Below are positions 1 through 8,833 of a stretch of DNA of 20,762 nt, piece by piece; position 1 is the first letter of the stretch; each line of letters opens with the position of its first letter. This DNA is from Chlamydiia bacterium (GTDB taxonomy: Bacteria > Chlamydiota > Chlamydiia > Chlamydiales > Parachlamydiaceae). The stretch spans positions 1-20,762 of the forward strand of contig JBBSJT010000034.1 in assembly GCA_038257035.1 (NCBI GenBank), read 5' to 3'. The translations under genes and the position numbers were made by a program. Under the pieces are notes generated by a model. That model saw only the letters and a program-made list of their open reading frames with translations, ran no database searches and had not been told where the DNA came from.

Positions 1-1528
1 AATTAAAACGCTTGCCGACATCGTAGCGTTTACGCTCGGGCCAAAAGGCTGTAACGTCGGTTTGGAAAAATCCTATGGCGCACCTATCATCACTAATGAT
101 GGTAACAGCATTGTTAAAGACATCACCTTAAAAAATACTTTTGAAAACATGGGTGTTTCCATGGCAAAAGAAGTCGTGCAACAGATCAAAGAAAAATGTG
201 GCGATGGCACAACGACAGCAACTCTTCTTTTAAATGCTATGGTAGAACATGGAATTAAATACATCGCTGCAGGTGCAAGCCCTATCAGCCTAAAACGTGG
301 AATGGATAAAGCTGTTGAAGCGGTTATTAAGGAAATTGAAAAAATTGCCATTCCTGTTAAAGATTCAAAGGAAATTTGCAATATCGCAACGGTATCTGCG
401 TCCGGAAATAAAGAAATTGGTAAAATCATTTCTGATGCCATTGAAAAAGTTGGAAAACTTGGCGTTATTACCATTGAAGAAGCAAAAGGAACAGAAACAA
501 CAATTGAGCTTGTTGAAGGCATGCAATTTGATCGCGGCTATTTAAGCAGCTATTTTTGCACAAACCAAGAGCGCTTGACTGTTGAAATGCATAATCCTCA
601 AATTTTGATTATTGATGGTAAAGTTTCTAACATTCACGAACTTCTTCCTGTTTTACAAACTGTTGCAACAACAGGTAAAGAATTATTGATTATCGCAGAA
701 GACATTGAAGGCGATGCCTTATCTACTCTTGTAATCAATAAACTGCGCGGTTCACTAAAAGTTGCAGCGGTTAAAGCCCCAGCCTTTGGAGATAGACGAA
801 AGGCCATGTTGCAAGATATTGCTGTTTTGACAGGCGCAACACTTATTTCTGAAGAAACAGGTATTACTTTAAAAGACACTCCTGCCGATGCTTTAGGATC
901 TGCTGAAAAAGTGACTATCACTAAAGAAAACACGATTATTGTTAATGGAAAAGGCTCTGATACTGAAATTAAAGCAAGAATCAAGCAAATTGAAAACGAA
1001 GTGGAAAGTGTAACAAGCCCATATGAAAAAGAAAAACTAGTTGAGCGCAAAGCAAAATTAAGCGGTGGTGTTGCCGTTATTTATGTCGGAGCATCCACAG
1101 AGCCTGAACTTAAGCAGAAAAAACAAATGTTTGAAGATAGCTTAAATTCAACCAAAGCTGCCCTAGAAGATGGTATTGTACCCGGCGGTGGTGTGGCTCT
1201 TATTAAGGCAGGCAATGTGATTTCTTCGTTAAATCTTGAAGGAGATGAGCTACTTGGAGCTAAAATCGTACAGTTAGCTTGCGATACCCCTTTGAAGCAG
1301 ATTGCTCATAATGCAGGTTTTGATGGTTTTGTTATTTTACATGAAGTGCGTGCCGGAAAAGCTAATGATGGTTTCAACGCTCTTACTGAAAAGGTTGAAA
1401 ATCTGCTTGATGCTGGTGTTGTCGACCCTGCTAAAGTTGTAAAATATGCGTTAACCTATGCATCCTCTGTTGCAGGTATCGTTTTAATCTCTGAGGCATT
1501 AATTGCCGACGCAGAAGACAACGACTAA
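1..1528 (+). CDS. groEL: Chaperonin GroEL (Cpn60) paralogue, 5'-truncated by the window edge
   Basis: The frame is open from base 2 (IKTLADIVAFTLGPKGCNVGLEK...), so the TTG at 62 is not the real start. Motifs: TLGPKG, ITNDG, GDGTTT, EGMQFDRGYLS, AVKAPAFGDRRK, GIVPGGG, GVVDPAKV. Ends in ADAEDND with no GGM tail. Confidence 0.97.
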   Translation, partial: IKTLADIVAFTLGPKGCNVGLEKSYGAPIITNDGNSIVKDITLKNTFENMGVSMAKEVVQQIKEKCGDGTTTATLLLNAMVEHGIKYIAAGASPISLKRGMDKAVEAVIKEIEKIAIPVKDSKEICNIATVSASGNKEIGKIISDAIEKVGKLGVITIEEAKGTETTIELVEGMQFDRGYLSSYFCTNQERLTVEMHNPQILIIDGKVSNIHELLPVLQTVATTGKELLIIAEDIEGDALSTLVINKLRGSLKVAAVKAPAFGDRRKAMLQDIAVLTGATLISEETGITLKDTPADALGSAEKVTITKENTIIVNGKGSDTEIKARIKQIENEVESVTSPYEKEKLVERKAKLSGGVAVIYVGASTEPELKQKKQMFEDSLNSTKAALEDGIVPGGGVALIKAGNVISSLNLEGDELLGAKIVQLACDTPLKQIAHNAGFDGFVILHEVRAGKANDGFNALTEKVENLLDAGVVDPAKVVKYALTYASSVAGIVLISEALIADAEDND

Positions 1529-1533
1529 TCCAA

Positions 1534-1644
1534 TGTAGCGTAGGTTTTAACCTGCGCATGTTTTTGCAGGTTTCAACCTGCAAGCCTTTAAACGCAACGG
1601 GTTAAAACCCGTTGAAACATGCGCAGGTTAAAACCTACGCTACA
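1534..1644. repeat. GTAG-type REP doublet (REPIN-like cruciform) between convergent genes
   Basis: Perfect 30-bp inverted arms TGTAGCGTAGGTTTTAACCTGCGCATGTTT (1534-1563 / 1615-1644). Each arm is GTAG plus its own palindrome. Two related palindromes lie inside (1564-1583, 1595-1614). Confidence 0.85.
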
Positions 1645-1647
1645 AAC

Positions 1648-2445
1648 TTAATAATCTAGATCTGCTTTTGCCAAGTTGGCGAGCCTATAGATGGCCTCGG
1701 TGTGCCCTTGAGTTGCAGCTTTTGTGAAATATTCAAAAGCTTTTTCTGTCCATTGTTCATCCTCCACATAATGCTCTTCATAAAAAATGCCGACCATGTA
1801 TTGAGCATCCGCATTTCCTTGATCTGCACTAAGTTTAAAATACTTAAAAGACAAAACTCCATCAGGATCCTCTTCGACACCATCATTATAACATTGTGCA
1901 ACCTGATATTGGGCTTCCATATGGCCCTGGTCTGCACTCAATTTGTAATACATAAAAGCTTCTTTATCCTCCACATCACTGGCATAGCCATAGTAATAGG
2001 ATTCAGCAAGATAATATTGAGCTTCTTTATTTGCATAAGGTGAAGAAAGATACTGAGTAATAGGCTCTAAGATTTCCTGCATCTGAAATTTGACCATTCT
2101 TTCATGAATGCTGTTCCATTTTTTGCATCTAGTTAATATATCTTTCATTTGATTGGAATAGGAACAATAGAGTTCTCTCCAAACTAAAGAATCCATTTTA
2201 TCTTTGTAATCGCTTTCATAGGCTTTAAATTCTGTACATACACGATTTTTCCAATAACTTTGTTGATCTTTATAAACATCTTGGCTGTTTGAATCGCAGA
2301 TCATATCGTGAAAGAATAAGTTTGTAGCACCGAGCATGGCTGTTGTTTTTGCTCCATCTGCATAACCAAATGCGATGAGCTTCCATGCTTCATAAACGCA
2401 ACCATGATCCAAATTATAACTGTTTAATTCATTAGCTCGTTTCAC
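1648..2445 (-). CDS. Sel1-like repeat protein with F-box-like N-terminal domain (putative secreted effector)
   Basis: About 3 Sel1 repeats (AQYYLA..YYYG...EAFMYYKLSADQGHMEAQY...KLSADQGNADAQY...KAATQGH.EA). GTG start lies 7 nt after AAGGA. The first ~93 aa are homologous to 9699..10178. Confidence 0.85.
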   Translation of the reverse strand: MKRANELNSYNLDHGCVYEAWKLIAFGYADGAKTTAMLGATNLFFHDMICDSNSQDVYKDQQSYWKNRVCTEFKAYESDYKDKMDSLVWRELYCSYSNQMKDILTRCKKWNSIHERMVKFQMQEILEPITQYLSSPYANKEAQYYLAESYYYGYASDVEDKEAFMYYKLSADQGHMEAQYQVAQCYNDGVEEDPDGVLSFKYFKLSADQGNADAQYMVGIFYEEHYVEDEQWTEKAFEYFTKAATQGHTEAIYRLANLAKADLDY

Positions 2446-2470
2446 TTTTCATTCCTTTATGTTGTTAAAT

Positions 2471-2509
2471 AAAAAAAAGGCATTAACTAAATTTTAGTTA
2501 ATGCCTTTT
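2471..2509 (-). terminator. Intrinsic terminator of the 1065-aa gene
   Basis: Hairpin AAAAGGCATTAACTAA / TTAGTTAATGCCTTTT with an 8-nt U tract on the minus strand, about 20 nt past the stop at 2531. Confidence 0.8.
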
Positions 2510-2530
2510 GCTTGTTTTAATGCTTTTAAA

Positions 2531-5500
2531 TTAAGCCTTAATCATAATCTTACCATGGTCAAGTTCTACCTTTCTATTGAATGAGCTTGCTGCACCATCG
2601 ACCGCTGAATAAAGTGCACTAAAAAATAGGTACTTATTCACTCTTGTTGCATCGACTCGATTCACAAAAAGATCTACTGCATCTTTATAGCCGGTTTTAT
2701 CAATAATCATCTTAGTGATTACACTAAGATCAGCGTTAAGATTAGCGTTAATCAAGTCATCGACTAATACTTTGACTACGCTTGAAAGATCGTTTGATTG
2801 ATCTTTTAGGTTTAAGAGCTCATTTAACTTCCCAGCACTTAATTTTCTTAAAGCTTCCGGACTGTCAATCAGCCTTATCACTAAACCTAATTGCTGCTTA
2901 ATTTGATCTTTGAAAAAAGTACTTTGTCCTGTTACTTTTAACAATCCTTTCAAATCACTCGGCACCCCTTCAGGGAACAAGATATGATCCTGAATAAGTG
3001 TTGCAATGCTATCAAGGTATTTAGCCTCACCAGCCGCTACTTTTTCCCTTGCAGCTTTTAAGCTTTGTAAGGAAACAATAGTTGCCTGTTCACGTGCAAT
3101 TTCGTTATTCAGAAGACCTATCTTAAGAAGATCAGCCCCAATAATCTTAGCTTGCAAAATCTTGATGTTGGCTTGTCTTGCCAATATCGCAGATTCCGGC
3201 GTTTGAGAAGCTTTTAGCTTCGTAATAGCGTCAGATTCTTCATTTTGCAGTTTCTCAAGTTCCAATCTTATATCTCTTGTCCAATTGGCGTCATGAGTTT
3301 TATTGATATGTTGCACTAAATCATCCTGAGGATTGTAAGATGCATTTATGTCTTTAAATTCTTGATAAAGCTCATCCTCTGTTAGAAATCCTAAATCTGC
3401 CATTGTCTTTAAATCGCGCATTTTAGACTTATAATTGTCAGATTCTTTTTCTAAGCGTGCTTTATCTTCTTCTATCTTCTTAGCTAAAGACTCGGCTCTT
3501 AGCTTATATTTTTCCTCAACCCGTGTAATCAAATCTACAGTTAATGCTTTTCTATCGGCAATAGCTTTTTGAATGATCGGGGTGCTGCTTTCAATAAGCG
3601 AAGTGCCTTCTAAAAGTAAGCTAGCCTCAAGATCCGTTAATACCGGAACTGCCTGACTCAACAAATCGCCTTTCCAGCCTTTGTCGCTAGCTCTTAGTTT
3701 TTCTAGTGCCTTATTTTGGATAGCAACGTTATAATCATTTGAAGATTCATTTGCAGTTTTTGGAGTACCATGGTAAACCTGATTTATAATATTCAAGTTA
3801 TCTGTCAAATCCTTGACAACTTCTTTTTGAACATTATCCAAGATAACTTTAACTCTTTGTCTGTTTTCCTTGCCAAAAACATATTCCCTTAATCCTTTAA
3901 GCGAATTGTTAATAAGACCTGAACTTACAACATGGCTCGCTTTGTTAATAACTGACGGGAAAATGCCGGCAATTGTTCTAACAATAGGAATATTATAGAG
4001 GGCAAAATCTACAAAATCACGGACAGTATCATCGCTATTTTCCGCATCTTCCTCAAGCTCAAATTTAGCATTAAGTACATTGTAGATATTTTTTAATTCC
4101 TCATTATCAGCAGCATTTTTCTGACCTACTTGATTGAGCGCTTCTAATTTGTCAATAATAGCAGGATCTTGCGCTATTCTAACTACCTCAGCTACTGATG
4201 CTGCAAATAAGCTATTTTGCTTTGCTTTTAATCCTAACGCTTCAACCTTGGCATTTTTTTCCAATTCATGAGCTTCTTTTCTGTATTGTCTAGTAAATGG
4301 GTCGCTAAACTTGTAAAAAGCATCTTCATAAGCCACTTCAAAATCTCGAATAGTCATCACAGACTTTGTATCATTCAAATAATTTCTTATAAGGCTTGAT
4401 GAATCTTTAAACTCCTTGATCATATTAAATTGTTGATCACTTCCCAAAATCCGTTTCATTTCAACGTTTAATTCTTTAAATGAATCACTTGTTGCAACTT
4501 CGCGAATTTTACTGTTTAAATCAAGGATTGCTCTTTCTAAATCAGCCATTTCCTTAACATGATTTTCAGTTTGATTCAATGTTACCAAGAGAGAATTGTG
4601 CCTGATACGCTTGCATTCTCTTAAGGAGTACAAGTCATAAGCTTTTTTAAGAATGGCTTGTCGTTCTTTATTTTTTGTCTTTAAAGCTCTCTTGTCAGAT
4701 TCAAGCTTCACTTCAATAGCGCTTTTTGGCTTGCATAATCCAAAAAAGACCCCAATCTTATGAAATATTTTTGAGACAAATTTAACGATGCCACTTATGA
4801 ATTTCATAAAGCCTGATTGGCTTTTATTAACTAGTTTAACTTTTGATAAGGGTGAAGCCTGGATAGCCTTTTCGCCTTTTTCGATTGCATCAATTGCCTT
4901 ATTCTTTTGCGCATCTACCACCATTTGAATATCAACCGGCCCTAAGCCTAAAACGCTAGGAATACCACCTAAATTTGGAAAACCAATCCTTGCAACTGAA
5001 TCTTGGAAATTTGCAAGAACAGGGTCTACCACTGTAGCATTTCTTTTCGCATTTCTTATATCTAAGGCAACTTTTCTTTCCTCTAAAGCCTTCATTGGAT
5101 GAATTTCTTTTGGCATTGCAATTCCTGAAATCGGATCAAACACGTAATTTGTTACAATTTTAGGTTCCTGTTGAACCTCTACCCCAATTTCATTATGATC
5201 AATATCGATCTTTTTAATTTCTGCATTTAATTTTTTACCGGCTTCTGAAATTTTATCTTGGACAAAACCTTTGATATCGGTGATAACATCCATGAAACCA
5301 ACAGTTTGTTGATCACTTACATTAAAAACAGCATCCTCCGGATGATCATCTACCGGTACATCAGCTAATTTCAGCCTTGCATTGTCAACAACATTAGAAA
5401 ATTGTTTATTAATAAAACCTTTAACATCATCTAACTGAATGTCGTTTTTATCAAATTCTGAAGAAACAGCATCCTCCGGATGATCATTTACCGGTATATC

Positions 5501-5728
5501 GCTTAATTGCTGTCTTGCTGTTTTAGCAATGTTTGAAATTTGTTCCTTGATAAAATCTATTTCAGGATTTTTTTCAGGCTCTTGAACAAACAAATCATCA
5601 ACACTTTGAACAAAATTGTCGTCTAATTCTATGATTGTTTCATTCATTTCTTGGAGTTCTTTATCTGAGATTTCAGATTCATCTGGTGAATTTCCTGAAA
5701 AATAGCTAAAAACGTTATATATATTCAT
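2531..5728 (-). CDS. Large hypothetical helical/coiled-coil protein with N-terminal 46-aa repeats
   Basis: 1065-aa ORF with AGGGAG RBS, an upstream extended -10 and a downstream terminator. Repeats DIPVNDHPEDAV / DVPVDDHPEDAV. K/E-rich coiled-coil segments. No catalytic motif recognised. Confidence 0.85.
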   Translation of the reverse strand: MNIYNVFSYFSGNSPDESEISDKELQEMNETIIELDDNFVQSVDDLFVQEPEKNPEIDFIKEQISNIAKTARQQLSDIPVNDHPEDAVSSEFDKNDIQLDDVKGFINKQFSNVVDNARLKLADVPVDDHPEDAVFNVSDQQTVGFMDVITDIKGFVQDKISEAGKKLNAEIKKIDIDHNEIGVEVQQEPKIVTNYVFDPISGIAMPKEIHPMKALEERKVALDIRNAKRNATVVDPVLANFQDSVARIGFPNLGGIPSVLGLGPVDIQMVVDAQKNKAIDAIEKGEKAIQASPLSKVKLVNKSQSGFMKFISGIVKFVSKIFHKIGVFFGLCKPKSAIEVKLESDKRALKTKNKERQAILKKAYDLYSLRECKRIRHNSLLVTLNQTENHVKEMADLERAILDLNSKIREVATSDSFKELNVEMKRILGSDQQFNMIKEFKDSSSLIRNYLNDTKSVMTIRDFEVAYEDAFYKFSDPFTRQYRKEAHELEKNAKVEALGLKAKQNSLFAASVAEVVRIAQDPAIIDKLEALNQVGQKNAADNEELKNIYNVLNAKFELEEDAENSDDTVRDFVDFALYNIPIVRTIAGIFPSVINKASHVVSSGLINNSLKGLREYVFGKENRQRVKVILDNVQKEVVKDLTDNLNIINQVYHGTPKTANESSNDYNVAIQNKALEKLRASDKGWKGDLLSQAVPVLTDLEASLLLEGTSLIESSTPIIQKAIADRKALTVDLITRVEEKYKLRAESLAKKIEEDKARLEKESDNYKSKMRDLKTMADLGFLTEDELYQEFKDINASYNPQDDLVQHINKTHDANWTRDIRLELEKLQNEESDAITKLKASQTPESAILARQANIKILQAKIIGADLLKIGLLNNEIAREQATIVSLQSLKAAREKVAAGEAKYLDSIATLIQDHILFPEGVPSDLKGLLKVTGQSTFFKDQIKQQLGLVIRLIDSPEALRKLSAGKLNELLNLKDQSNDLSSVVKVLVDDLINANLNADLSVITKMIIDKTGYKDAVDLFVNRVDATRVNKYLFFSALYSAVDGAASSFNRKVELDHGKIMIKA

Positions 5729-5771
5729 CTCAATCTCCTAATTAGGGATTACTTTTATTATTTAAAGTTTA

Positions 5772-5780
5772 ATTATAACA
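5772..5780 (-). promoter_or_regulatory. Putative extended -10 promoter (TGTTATAAT) for the 1065-aa gene
   Basis: Minus strand reads TG-T-TATAAT about 44 nt upstream of the ATG. The -35 is weak (TCGCAA). Confidence 0.5.
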
Positions 5781-5876
5781 GATGAATTGTTATATTGCGA
5801 TAAATTTGATGTAAAGATCTCGTTAAGATAAACATTTTTTGAACTTTTTAGTAAATTATAAATTGATGTTTGTGAA

Positions 5877-6014
5877 TTTTAAAAGCGAAGGACTAAGAAA
5901 GAGCCGAAGTTTTTTAATTTTGCTTAGAAGTAATCGACTTTTAAGCATCACAAAGAAATATTTAAGAAGTTTGCGCTAATCTTCGCAAACTCCGCGATCT
6001 TCGCGTTAAAAAAA
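5877..6014. repeat. Degenerate T-tract/AAC-GAG-type palindromic element
   Basis: The right end reads TTTTTTTAACGCGAAGATCGCGGAG on the minus strand. The decayed left end reads TTTTAAAAGCGAAGGAC. Same pattern as 10222-10310. Confidence 0.45.
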
Positions 6015-6053
6015 TGAATACTCTACGATATTTAAAGGCCTGCTGTAAACTAG

Positions 6054-6082
6054 TTGACAAAGATAAAAAATTTTATTACTTT
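6054..6082 (+). promoter_or_regulatory. Sigma70/sigma66-type promoter TTGACA-17-TACTTT
   Basis: Perfect -35 at 6054-6059, 17-nt spacer, TAnnnT -10 at 6077-6082, directly upstream of the small ORF. Confidence 0.7.
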
Positions 6083-6105
6083 GCTAGTTTTTAACGGGGT
6101 TATCC

Positions 6106-6234
6106 ATGAACATACTAGGTGCAGGCCTTTTTGTAGAAGCGGCAGTTGTTGGGATTGTTTGCGCAGTCTTTCTGATTCTTTTTGTTGTTGCAGGGATCAG
6201 GCAAATTCTTAAAGGTGATAACGACCAATATTAG
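6106..6234 (+). CDS. 42-aa single-pass membrane microprotein (not in ORF track)
   Basis: MNILGAGLFVEAAVVGIVCAVFLILFVVAGIRQILKGDNDQY*. GGGGT RBS lies 5 nt before the ATG, with a consensus promoter upstream and a hairpin downstream. Confidence 0.7.
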   Translation: MNILGAGLFVEAAVVGIVCAVFLILFVVAGIRQILKGDNDQY

Positions 6235-6244
6235 TGTTATCAAC

Positions 6245-6322
6245 CTAGTACATCATGTCGATTAAATTGATAGGTAATAACTTTAAATTTTGCGTATCAA
6301 TTTAGATGTCATGGTGTACTAG
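6245..6322. terminator. Long imperfect hairpin between the convergent microprotein and pgm genes
   Basis: CTAGTACATCATG pairs with CATGGTGTACTAG and TAAATTGATA pairs with TATCAATTTA. There is no clear U tract. Confidence 0.5.
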
Positions 6323-6323
6323 T

Positions 6324-8081
6324 CTATCTTAGCTCTTTTTCAAAAGATGCTAAAAGTAAATTAATCTTTTCTTTAGCCTGAGTCAACGCAACTTCCACAT
6401 TGTCAAATTTTTTATTGACTACACCAACATAAATTTTAATTTTCGGCTCTGTACCCGATGGTCGCACAATAAGCTTGCTACCATCTTCAAGCCAAAAAAT
6501 CAGGACATCCGATTTTGGTAGTGTTAAAACGTGCTCTTTACCGGTTTTCATGTCTATTGAAATAGATTTTGCATAATTTTCAAGCAAAATCACTGCACTG
6601 TCATTAATTGATTTGGGAGGGTTTCTCTCGAGCTTCTCCATCCCCTTTTGCATCTTTTCCTTGCCATCTTTCGTCTCTTCAAATTTAACTGAAAGTAGAC
6701 CTTCGACAAAAAGTCCGTGAGTTTTGTAAATGTCATTTAATTTATCAATAAGGGTTTTGCCTTCAAGCTTTAAAGACAATGCCATCTCTGCAATCATTAA
6801 AGAAGTTGAAATGGCATCTTTATCCCTTACAAGTGTGCCATAAAGGTAACCGTAAGACTCTTCTGCTCCAAATATATATTTTGGACCCTCCTCGAGCGTT
6901 TCCCATTCTCTAATTTTTTCTGCGATGTATTTAAAGCCTGTCAACACATCGACACACTCTTTTTGGCTTGATTTAACGATTTCTTTAAAAAGTTCTGTTG
7001 TGACAATTGTCTTAATAAAGGCAGCATTTTTTGGCATTTGACCATTGGCATTTAACCCTTTGATAATGTGATCAAGAAGCATACAGGCAATTTGATTACC
7101 ATTTAATATCATAACATCTTTGCCATGTTTAACAGCGACTCCAACACGATCGGCATCAGGATCTGTGGCAATCAAAATGTCGCCATTTATTTTTTCTAAA
7201 AGATCGATTCCAAGTTGCAAGGCAGCCTTTTCCTCGGGATTTGGCGATTTCAGAGTATGAAAATTTCCATCAGGAATACATTGTTTTTCAACATAAGCTA
7301 CATTTGTAAAGCCGCAATCCTCAAAAGCTTTAGGAATTAAGGTAATTCCAGTGCCATGCAAGCTTGTGTAAACGATGCTGAGTTGATTTCCCTTTTCAAG
7401 GTTTTGTTTTTGATAAAGTGGCAATTTTATAATTTCGCTTAAATAAATCGCATCCACTTGATTTAAAACATGTTCGATATGAGGATCGTTTAAGGAAGCA
7501 GAAGATTTAATTTGGTGTAAAGATGTGATGAGGTTTACTTCTTCAATGATACCTTCATCATGAGGGGGCAAAACTTGAGCACCATCATTCCAATAGACTT
7601 TATACCCATTATATTCTTTTGGGTTGTGTGAAGCTGTGATCATGATAGCTGCTTGGCAACCTTTTAATCGGCACCCAAAGGATACGTAAGGTGTTGGTCT
7701 GATTTCCTCGGTAATATAGACGTGCAAGTCGTTTCCTGCTAATACTTTTGCGGCCTCTTCTGCAAAGAGTTTAGAATGATGTCGTGAATCATAACTAATA
7801 AAAACAGAAGGCGTTTCTGAAGTTTTTGGCTGCTTTTTGATGTAATTGGCAATGCCCTGAGTTGCAGCTTTTACCGTGTATTGATTCATGCGATTGGTTC
7901 CAACACCCATCAACCCCCGGAGCCCGCCCGTTCCAAAGCTTAAGTTGGTATAGAAAGCATCGACTAACTCTTTTTCATTATCGACAAGTAATTTTTTGAT
8001 TGTTGATTTTGTATCTTCATCGTAAGGCCCGTTCAACCATGTGTCAATGCGCTTTTGAATTTGCTGATCAATCATTTTCAC
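6324..8081 (-). CDS. pgm: Phosphoglucomutase/phosphomannomutase (alpha-D-phosphohexomutase)
   Basis: FGTGGLRG, catalytic ITASHNP, metal loop DPDADR, GAEESYG, RPSGTEPKIK. The start overlaps the Mrp stop (GTGA); an alternative ATG is at 8075. Confidence 0.95.
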   Translation of the reverse strand: MKMIDQQIQKRIDTWLNGPYDEDTKSTIKKLLVDNEKELVDAFYTNLSFGTGGLRGLMGVGTNRMNQYTVKAATQGIANYIKKQPKTSETPSVFISYDSRHHSKLFAEEAAKVLAGNDLHVYITEEIRPTPYVSFGCRLKGCQAAIMITASHNPKEYNGYKVYWNDGAQVLPPHDEGIIEEVNLITSLHQIKSSASLNDPHIEHVLNQVDAIYLSEIIKLPLYQKQNLEKGNQLSIVYTSLHGTGITLIPKAFEDCGFTNVAYVEKQCIPDGNFHTLKSPNPEEKAALQLGIDLLEKINGDILIATDPDADRVGVAVKHGKDVMILNGNQIACMLLDHIIKGLNANGQMPKNAAFIKTIVTTELFKEIVKSSQKECVDVLTGFKYIAEKIREWETLEEGPKYIFGAEESYGYLYGTLVRDKDAISTSLMIAEMALSLKLEGKTLIDKLNDIYKTHGLFVEGLLSVKFEETKDGKEKMQKGMEKLERNPPKSINDSAVILLENYAKSISIDMKTGKEHVLTLPKSDVLIFWLEDGSKLIVRPSGTEPKIKIYVGVVNKKFDNVEVALTQAKEKINLLLASFEKELR

Positions 8082-8833
8082 TCCATAATCTTTTTCATTT
8101 GTTTTGCGATTTCATTAAAATAAAGTCCTGTTTGTGAGGCGCCCTGATGGAAAGCTGCAGGATACCCTTCATCGCCTCCTATTCTGATGGCAGCATCAAG
8201 CGGGATGCTTCCAAGTAGTGGAACATTAAAATTCCTGCTTAATTCTTCAACTTTACCTTTCCCGAAAATATCATAGACATCGTTTGTTCCCGGAACGGTA
8301 AAGCCTGCCATATTTTCTATCATTCCAAGAAGTGGGATATCTAACAAATGAAGAGAATTAATAGCTTTGATAGCATCTAAGATGGCAACTTCCTGTGGTG
8401 TCGAAACAATAAAAGCGCCATCGATTTTTAGAAGTTTTGAAAGAGAAATAGGAACGTCTCCTGTGCCAGGAGGCAAATCAATGATTAAAACATCCAAATC
8501 GCCCCAGCTGATTTCTTCAATCATTTTTTTCAAAATATTATGCAACATCGGTCCTCTAAAGGACAAACTTGTGGCTTCCTCGATAAAAAAACCGATCGAC
8601 ATCGATTGAATGCCAAACTTAGAAAAAGGAAGAGTCTTTGATTCTCCATTTTCTTTGACAACACGAGGAGTTAGACGTCTAAGCCCAAGCATCACAGGAA
8701 TAGATGGCCCATAAACATCTGCATCAAGTAGGCCTACAGAAAAGCCCAATTTAGCAAGGGCAATGCTTATGTTGACTGAAACAGTCGATTTACCAACGCC
8801 TCCCTTTCCTGAGCCTATAACATAAATTTTCAT
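8078..8833 (-). CDS. mrp: Mrp/NBP35 (ApbC) family P-loop ATPase
   Basis: Deviant Walker A GKGGVGKS, DADVYGPS, SIGF, RGPM, DLPPGTGD, VSTPQ, ENM. The start overlaps the upstream stop (ATGA). Confidence 0.93.
   Translation of the reverse strand: MKIYVIGSGKGGVGKSTVSVNISIALAKLGFSVGLLDADVYGPSIPVMLGLRRLTPRVVKENGESKTLPFSKFGIQSMSIGFFIEEATSLSFRGPMLHNILKKMIEEISWGDLDVLIIDLPPGTGDVPISLSKLLKIDGAFIVSTPQEVAILDAIKAINSLHLLDIPLLGMIENMAGFTVPGTNDVYDIFGKGKVEELSRNFNVPLLGSIPLDAAIRIGGDEGYPAAFHQGASQTGLYFNEIAKQMKKIME

Noticed and set aside
62..64. TTG start for groEL
   Set aside because: Conserved GroEL sequence continues upstream to the window edge.
73..1050. ORFs 73..522, 297..545 and 634..1050
   Set aside because: Antisense or off-frame shadows of groEL.
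1656..3206. ORFs 1656..1937, 1702..2043 and 3006..3206
   Set aside because: They overlap longer, better-supported genes and show no motifs.
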